Shown here: in pieces, positions 57,425-64,000 of the stretch
Layout: the number at the start of each line of letters is the position of its first letter
Numbering within the stretch: position 1 is the stretch's first letter
DNA from: Blastocladiella emersonii ATCC 22665
Taxonomy: Eukaryota; Fungi; Blastocladiomycota
Reading direction: 5' to 3'
Length of the DNA stretch: 64,000 nucleotides
Assembly (NCBI GenBank): GCA_025594325.1
Contig: JANHCV010000007.1
Span: 1,488,001-1,552,000 of the forward strand
Translations under genes and position numbers: made by a program
Notes under the pieces: model-generated
The model's database searches: none
Told to the model about the DNA's origin: nothing
The model's input: only the letters and a program-made list of their open reading frames with translations

Positions 57425-57738
57425 TGTTGATGCCGACAGAAGGAGGCGGGAGACAAGTAGTCGTGTCGTTGCCCTGGGACGGCGCGGGTTGCGCGGCGGC
57501 GTCGATGGCGGCCGAGCAGGCAGCGAATTGCTCACCGAGTAGCTGGCGCAGCTCGGCGGCGCGCGCGCGTGCGGCAGGCACGGCCTGGGGGTCCTTGGCC
57601 GCGGTGCTGCAGGTGCCGGGGAGCGCGGAGATGTCGCTGCAGAGCGCCGGCGAGATGGTGAAGGTGGGGTTCGAGGCCATGCGGAAAACTACTTGAAGAA
57701 AATGTTGATGCCGACAGAAGGAGGCGGGAGACAAGTAG
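57425..57738. repeat. Exact 36-bp direct repeats (57425-57460, 57703-57738) flanking a short minus-strand ORF
   Basis: TGTTGATGCCGACAGAAGGAGGCGGGAGACAAGTAG occurs twice, 278 bp apart. Confidence 0.85.
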
Positions 57739-58270
57739 ACAGGGATGTCTATTCCTGCCTTCGGCCCCGAACCCAAGACGGGGAGAGGGGAGAATGGATA
57801 ACAAAGCAGGGCGCGCCGCAGCGGGGTGCGGCGGCGCGGGAGCGAGGGATTGCAGGCGGCTCACGCGAGATCAGATGATTGATCACCGCGGTCGTGGCCA
57901 CATGAACGACACGCAACAGCTGGCCGCGTTTGTGCGCGCGTAAGCGCAATTCGCTGCACGGGGAGTCGCTACAGCAGCTTGACTGGTAATCCATTCAGCG
58001 ACTTTTAGCTTGCGCCGCCACGTCTGTCCGTAGTTGACTAGATCCAGCTCAAGAGCAGGAAGGGCGTGGAAAGGTGAGAGGTTGTAGCTGTGGCGCGAGA
58101 ACTCGAACGCGTGGTTCTAACGCGTTGCAACCCACTGCTCGCGAGTCCCTTTGCGTAAGACGGATCCGAAGCATGACTTCAGTGAGCGCTGCACCTGAGG
58201 CGAGTTCGGTGTCTCCCTGTTCATAAACGATGTGTTCCTTGCATCGCGCGTCCACGACGCGTCCGTTGTG

Positions 58271-58355
58271 CCAGGTGATTGTGGCGAGAGGGCACTTGGG
58301 CAAAGCCCCGCACAGTTGACACCCGAACGAAGTGAGTGGTGGAGGTACTGGCAAT
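58271..58355. repeat. Direct repeat of about 85 bp, second copy at 63205-63290
   Basis: Near-identical by eye. On the minus strand it encodes PVPPPLTxFGCQLCGALPKCP; the second copy has a +1 frameshift. Confidence 0.8.
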
Positions 58356-58608
58356 CGGCCGAGACGCGCACGCAGCCCCGCGAGCGCGTTTTGGGTCACG
58401 TGTGTGGCTCGCGTTCCGTTTCCTTCCGCGTCGATGGGCATGACAGGTCCCAGTGAGCACCGCCTGGATGCCGGCCCCTGGTCGCGACTCGACTCTTCTT
58501 CTCTTGTTGCTCCCCTGCCCCACCTCTGCCCCTCTCGACCATACATACATTCTGCAACGCATCAACGTCATCTGCCCTTCAACTTTGTGCAACGCACCCC
58601 GCCCCGCC

Positions 58609-59457
58609 ATGGCCGCGTCCCGCCACGTGTGGTCGCCTGAGGAAACCTCGGACCTCGTCAACTATTTGTGCTCCGGCGACAACTACGAGACCTTCAACCA
58701 GCACGGCGCTCGAAAAGAAGTCCTTCTTGCTATCAAGTCGCGCCTCGACCGGCTGCCGTCCGCCTCGCGTCCCTCCTTGTTTCCCACATCGCCAGTTTCC
58801 ATCGCCTCCATCCAGCGCAAGGTCCAGACGCTCCAGGAAAGTTTCGACCGGCTGCTGCAGTCCAAGTCGCCGAAAATTACGGCGGAAGGGCTTCGTGATC
58901 GGTCGTCTCTGACCCGCGAGCAGCAGGCCCACATCAGCAAGAAGTGCCCGCATGCGTACCAGCTCGTCCGCATCTGGGGTCCGCCTGCCGCCGCGACGCA
59001 CGCACCATCTGCCGCGACCGCGCCGCCTGTTGCGCTCCCGCCACCTGCTGCGCCCGCACCGGCTGCGACCCATCCACTACACGCTGCGCCCGCGCCTGTC
59101 ACGCCTCACCCTCTACACTCGGCGCTCGCTCCCGCTGTCGCGCTCCCGCTCCCCGCCACGCCCGCACCACTCGTCGCGCTTCCACTCTCGCTCTCCGCCT
59201 CGCACACTCTTCCATCTGCGCCTGCGCTCGCCCCTGCGCTCCAGCAACCCGCTCTCGCCATCGCGCACTCGCTCCCTGCTGTACAACAGCCCGTCGGTGC
59301 ACCCGTCCCTCGACCCGATCTGCATGAGCTGTTTGAGGCGCACGCGCCCGTCGACGCGATAGTGACGCGCAACTTCTACAAGGGCGCTGGCCCCTATGCC
59401 GTTCCCGTCACGCTGGTGCGTGTGATCGATTGGCTTGCGCAACAAGAGACTCGCTGA
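58609..59457 (+). CDS. Myb/SANT-like (trihelix) DNA-binding protein of the type found in Harbinger ORF1, with a Pro/Ala-rich tail
   Basis: WSPEETSDLVNYL..YETF..RKEV..I..SIQRKVQTLQESF..TAEGL..KKCP..L..IW. Confidence 0.6.
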   Translation: MAASRHVWSPEETSDLVNYLCSGDNYETFNQHGARKEVLLAIKSRLDRLPSASRPSLFPTSPVSIASIQRKVQTLQESFDRLLQSKSPKITAEGLRDRSSLTREQQAHISKKCPHAYQLVRIWGPPAAATHAPSAATAPPVALPPPAAPAPAATHPLHAAPAPVTPHPLHSALAPAVALPLPATPAPLVALPLSLSASHTLPSAPALAPALQQPALAIAHSLPAVQQPVGAPVPRPDLHELFEAHAPVDAIVTRNFYKGAGPYAVPVTLVRVIDWLAQQETR

Positions 59458-60076
59458 TTCCTTCCTTGCTCATGTGTACAGCCGCCCGATCCGCCTCGAG
59501 CACCCGCTGCAACCAACACCAAGCGTGCGCAAGCGGGTGTTCAAAAAAGGACGACCGACGAGCGTACCGACTACGACGAAAGCCGCCGACTTGCGCAGGC
59601 CGAGCGCGATGCAGCCGAGCGCGAGCGCGTCGAGGCCGACATGGCCGCCACGGCCGCGGCCACCGACGCCCGCTACCTCGCCCCCGAAGCTTGCCAACCT
59701 CGCGCCGACCCGCGAGGAATTCGAGACCTGGGTCGAGTATTTCCAGCGCTACTGGTTCTCGCCGAAGTGGCTGCGTACGTTGTTTGCCCGGATCACACCA
59801 CATGTGCAAGGCAACTGACCATGTGGCTCCTGTGTAGCGCACATTGTTGACGCAACGGGCTCGACTGAGATCGCGCCTGCACTCAGCAACACCAACAACA
59901 TCACCGAGGCCATGTTTCGCACGTTTGATCGTGTTGTGCTAAGGGCCCGTTTGGTTCCGGGGTGAATCAGGTGGATCAATCGATTTTACACGGTCCGGTG
60001 TTCACCCAGCTGAAACGTGGCATTTTCACCCCGTCGCGTTCATCGCGGCGTTTGGGTCGACCCCCGGATGAGCTGA

Positions 60077-60541
60077 ATGGAACCCTCGTCGCTGAATTGC
60101 CCGTCTGCTCGCCCCCGAAACCTTCAGGCTGTGCTTCCCGGCCTATATAAACGCTGTTTTCCTTCGTGGGGCGGCTCGACCACCACCGGCGAGTACTCGC
60201 ACCTCGAGCAGGACGGCAAGGAGTCTGGTGACGTGGAAGGTGTCGATGGTCAAGACGACGCGGCCCCCGCCAGCAAGCGCAGCCGCACTTCGGACAGCAG
60301 CTCGCGTCGCCTCTCGGACTCGGAATTCCTCATGGGCATCAAGGAGGTGTTCCAGAGCGTCGCGACCGCCGACTCCAAGCCCGTCCTGACCGCCGCACTT
60401 GAATGGGTCCAGGACGCGTACAACGACAATGAAGAGTACCAGATCGACGTCGCCACCCGCCTGACCGAGGATCAAGCGCTTCGCGTCATGGCCGTGTCCG
60501 AATCGAAGCGCAAGCGCATCCTCGAGATTTTCATTCAGTAG
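60077..60541 (+). pseudogene. Truncated second (accessory) ORF of the Harbinger element
   Basis: Convergent with the transposase. Acidic linker plus helical C-terminus (ALEWVQ..KRKRILE); no Myb domain inside the element. Confidence 0.45.
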
Positions 60542-60854
60542 CTCACTCGCACATGTCCCCCTCCCCTCGCGTTGCTTCCTGGCCTTGTTCTCGCCCATTT
60601 GTGTCCAATACATCTGGCTTTGTGTCCATCGTATCTTCAATCGTTACCCTTCGCTCGAAAATGACGCGACTCGTTGAGAAACGCGTGGTTCGCAAAGTGT
60701 CTCACACGTCACGTGATTGATCGACGCGTCCCCACCGATGCGTTCTGACCTCAGCGACGCGTCAAATCATCTAGAATCGCTTATATAACATTATAGTACT
60801 TGACAAATCAGTATATTACAGCATGCATGCGGGTACAACAATTATTTCGCGCCT

Positions 60855-62172
60855 TCAAAGACGGGTCCCACGAGCGGCCATGACGCGCCTGTACTCGGTC
60901 CAAAGAACATTTGCGACGCGGTTCCGAAGCGAGATACCGCGCTGACGAGCTCCGTCCAGCGAGGCCTCGAGGACAGCGGCCTCGTCGTCCTCCTCGTTCT
61001 CGTCGTCCAGGGGCTCGCGCCCACATACTGGCGCCTCACGCGCCGCGTCCCGCGCGCGCCGGAGCTCCGTCTCGGCGTCGCGAAAGAAGGCGTCGCCGCC
61101 TTGGTTCCACTTGTTGATCATGTTGTGCAGCGTGCAGAGCGCGTACACAAGCTTGACTTGAGTCTTGATTGGGTAGGCCGCGCCAATCGAGAGGACGCGG
61201 AACCGCTTCTTGAGCACGCCAAAGATATGCTCAATGGAGTTGCGGAGCGACGCGTGACGCAGATTGAAAAGCTCCTCGCGGTTCTTAACTCTACGTACGT
61301 TGATGAAGCGGATGAGATGGCGCCAACGTGATGGTCATGGCAGTGAGAACGTACCCATCCTTGCCGCGGGCAAACTCGCGAAGATGATAGCGGGTACCGC
61401 GGAAGGGCACGATGATGGACGTGCGGTTTGCGTAGCCGCCGTCGGCGAGGTAGAAGCGGCCGGCGGGGATCTTGAACCCACGGGCGAAGGCGTCCGAGAG
61501 CACGCGCGAGTCATGCGCCTTGCCCTCCCACCCTGCGAGAACGTAGGTGAAGTTCAAGTCAAAGTCGCAGGCAGCGAGGACATTTGAGTATATGGTCCCC
61601 TTGCGGTTTCGGAACGAGTCGTGAAGCTTAGTGGGCACAACAAACGGGATGTGCGTTCCGTCAAGTGCGCCGACCGCGTTCTGGAACGGAGCGTATTTCG
61701 GGTCGTGGGCGATGCGCTCATGCACGGGCGTAGAATCGGACGGCTGGACAATGAACTCGGGCATCAGGCGGTACAGAGCGTCGAGCACTTGCTTCAGAAC
61801 CCTGGACGCGGTCTCGCCAGAGATTTGGAACCGCTCCCTGAGGTTGCGGTTGGTGCTGCCCTCGCCGGCCATGACAAGAAAAACCATGAAGCGCGCCTCG
61901 ACGGACAGCTCGCGGCCGTCGGCGAGAAGGCCACGGTCGCGGAACAGGCGGCAGATGGCCTTGAAGGTCTCGCGGGGCATACGGGCGATTTCCGAAAAAC
62001 GCGTTTCGCTGTTGCACGTCAGCAGCTCTTGAACCCACGACTCGCCAGAAAGCGTGGACGTGCGGATAGGCTCCCACGAGCGGCGCTCGTTGCGCGCAGC
62101 GAGACGTCGCAGGAGAGCGAGGGCGGCCGTGAGTATGAGGCCGCGCAGCTTGCGGTTGTATCCCTTGCCCAT
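60855..62172 (-). CDS. Harbinger DDE transposase (DDE_Tnp_4/HARBI1-like), 417 aa, 2 exons (62172-61355, 61290-60855)
   Basis: RMPRETF, GALDGTHI, RNRKG, AGWEGKAHDSRV, YLADGGY, FNLRHASLRNSIEHIFGVLKKRF. The 64-nt intron is in phase. Confidence 0.92.
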
Positions 62173-63621
62173 GTTGTTTGAGGGCTCGAGAACACGATGC
62201 GTGAGGTTAGGTGTTGATTCGTTGCAATAAGTGCGGCTGCAAAGAGGTGGGAAAGATTTTATTGCGGGGGGGGGGGGGTTCATCCAGCGGGGCGTTTGGT
62301 TCGCACGGCCGCTGAGATGAACGGGGGTGAGGTGAAACGTGGCAACTTTTTCAGCTGATCCACCTGATCTGAACCAAACGGGCCCTAAAAGTACGCTGCC
62401 TGCGCCGTAGAGCACGCGCAACTCGAGACTAACGCAGCTCCGCGCCGCGCGAATCTAGTAACATCGCGGGCAACCGCCTTGATCTTCTCCTTCACCGAAT
62501 CCTGGAGCTCATGTTCCCGTACTACGAGCGGATGCTGCGTGAGCGAGGCGATGACGACCCGCGCTTCACCATGGACCAGGCCGCCCATCGTGCGCACGGC
62601 TTCGATCTTTGGCAGTTTGGCCTCGTTGCGCGCGTCACCGACGTGGAAACGGTGTGCAAGCTCGCCCGCGTGGGCGGGGATCCGTCGCCGTCCATCTTCC
62701 TCGTCGTCAGTTTTGAGGAGTCGGGTCGCAAGCACTACGTCTACCTCGAGCAGCATCGGTCCACCTGCCGCGCTTTGCGTGACCACAACCAGGTGTGCGC
62801 CCACCTCATCGATCGCTTGACGTGATACTGACTGATTCGCTCTTGTCGCGTCTAGATGCATCTGTCCTCGCTTCATTCGCAACAACCTGATCGTCCCGTC
62901 GGCGCCGCACTTTCTCTCGCTGTTTCTCCAATGCGCGACCGCACCGTCGACCTGCCGTGCCCCGCGTTCGTGGACCCGTGCACGCTCGCGCTCTCGGACC
63001 GCGGCGTGGTGCGCGACGCCAAGTGCAAGATCATCGCCGGCTACTTTCTCCGCGACGCGCACGACGCGCTCATCAAGATCGAGAAGGAGCTCAAGGCGTC
63101 GCGCGCGTCCGCCGCCGCAGTAGGTTGTTCAGAGCCGATCGAGAGTTTCATGTCGTTGCATAGATACAGTGTCGCTTTTGTAATCCCTTGACTTCATCGT
63201 TGCGCCAAGTGATCGCGGCGAGAGGGGCACTTGGGCAGAGCCCCGCACAGTTGACACCCGAACGGAGTGAGTGGTGGAGGTACTGGCAATGAGTTCGCTG
63301 CCGCTTCGCGTCCCCACGTGTTTTCCAAACGCGTCTCAACGCGCGTCTCGCTGCTTGCGACTCCAGCCGCCCGGGTCCGGCGACGCCTTTCTCGCTTATG
63401 CAGTTGAAGCGGTCATGGTCGGAATTGGCGAGCTCTGGGCAGTTCCAGCGCCCGAGTTTTGGGAAGGCTGATTGAATGCGGGGAAACGCCATGACTTTCA
63501 ATGCCATTTACATGTTCACAAGACTGTATTGCTTGATTGAATCACGATCTGTCGCTCTGCTTCTTCATTCCCACAGTCACCGTTTCCACAACCCTTCTCG
63601 TGCGCGGCACGCAAACCCGCT

Positions 63622-63954
63622 CTACGCCGAGCCGCGGGGCTTGTACTTGAGCGCGAGGGGAAGAATGTGCTTGTCGAACGTCTCGATGTTGACCATGAGC
63701 GGGTTGCCCAGCGCGCGCGACGCCTTGATCAGGTGGTTGATCCCGGGCATCTTCTTGAGCTTCTTGGAGGTCCAGTCGTTGGCGCGCTCGCGCTCCAGGA
63801 ACTTGCCGTGGATGAAGCAGAGCAGGCTGATCGAGAACATCTGGCCGAACTCGGCGTTGTCGGTGGCCTCGAGACGCTCACCCTTAGCCTTAGCGAGCTT
63901 CTCGACCTCAAGGACACGGGCTTGGTGAGCGGCGGGCGAGAGGCGCTTAGGCAC
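63622..63954 (-). CDS. Hypothetical protein fragment at the window end
   Basis: Strong GC3 coding bias. No motif recognised; may extend beyond the window. Confidence 0.3.
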   Translation of the reverse strand: MPKRLSPAAHQARVLEVEKLAKAKGERLEATDNAEFGQMFSISLLCFIHGKFLERERANDWTSKKLKKMPGINHLIKASRALGNPLMVNIETFDKHILPLALKYKPRGSA

Positions 63955-64000
63955 CGGAACTGGGCGGTCCGACGACGGGGGCGACGAGGTGGCCGAGACG

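Larger units (their letters stand above)
59943..62385 (-). mobile_element. PIF/Harbinger DNA transposon, 2443 bp
   Basis: 15-bp TIR GGGCCCGTTTGGTTC / GAACCAAACGGGCCC, TAA TSD (59940-42, 62386-88), subterminal ATCAGGTGGATCA at both ends. Confidence 0.93.
59435..62825 (+). pseudogene. MULE-like transposase/SWIM remnant split by the Harbinger insertion
   Basis: Left part: EEFETWVEYFQRYW..W and TNNITEAMFRTFDRVVL. Right part (62389 onward): NRLDLLLHRIL..FPYY and a SWIM-like TC..DHNQVCAHL. Contains stops and frameshifts. Confidence 0.55.

Noticed and set aside
62266-62278. 13-nt poly-G run
   Set aside because: Simple homopolymer in the transposon's non-coding end, with no supporting structure.
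59942-62386. Alternative 16-bp Harbinger TIR including the flanking A/T
   Set aside because: It destroys the TAA duplication. The 15-bp TIR with TAA TSD fits the superfamily.

Overview
GC-rich, intron-containing eukaryotic DNA. It is most likely an early-diverging fungus (Blastocladiomycota-like); this is inferred from short GTRCGY..CTRAC..YAG introns, housekeeping genes and an ankyrin-like/LRR family. Bases 1-30.6 kb are ordinary host genes (SAH hydrolase, RPS14, GST, kelch, YcnI-like, RanBP2 finger, COG1-like, 3'-5' exonuclease, TLDc-like). Bases 31-64 kb are a decaying, repeat-rich accessory region. Its centrepiece is a complete 17,834-bp endogenous Polinton-like virus (37749-55582) with 611-bp TIRs, TG..CA ends and a 5-bp imperfect TSD. 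It encodes a double jelly-roll MCP, penton, A32 ATPase, fibres, an rve integrase and a tyrosine recombinase, a PolA-like (TVpol)-SF3 helicase replicase, HNH-AP2 and Zn-finger proteins. No pPolB or protease was recognised. Its non-coding architecture is striking: a perfect 26-bp palindrome at both tips (hairpin-telomere-like), iteron-flanked AT-rich origin-like modules, a T-tract + GTAAATG initiator resembling poxvirus late promoters, and a dispersed CATCC-N3/4-GGATG site. Two genes are each split by one in-frame stop. Further right, a PIF/Harbinger transposon (59943-62385, TAA TSD) is nested in a MULE/SWIM-like remnant next to a Myb/SANT-like gene. All protein calls are motif recognition by eye; no database search was run.
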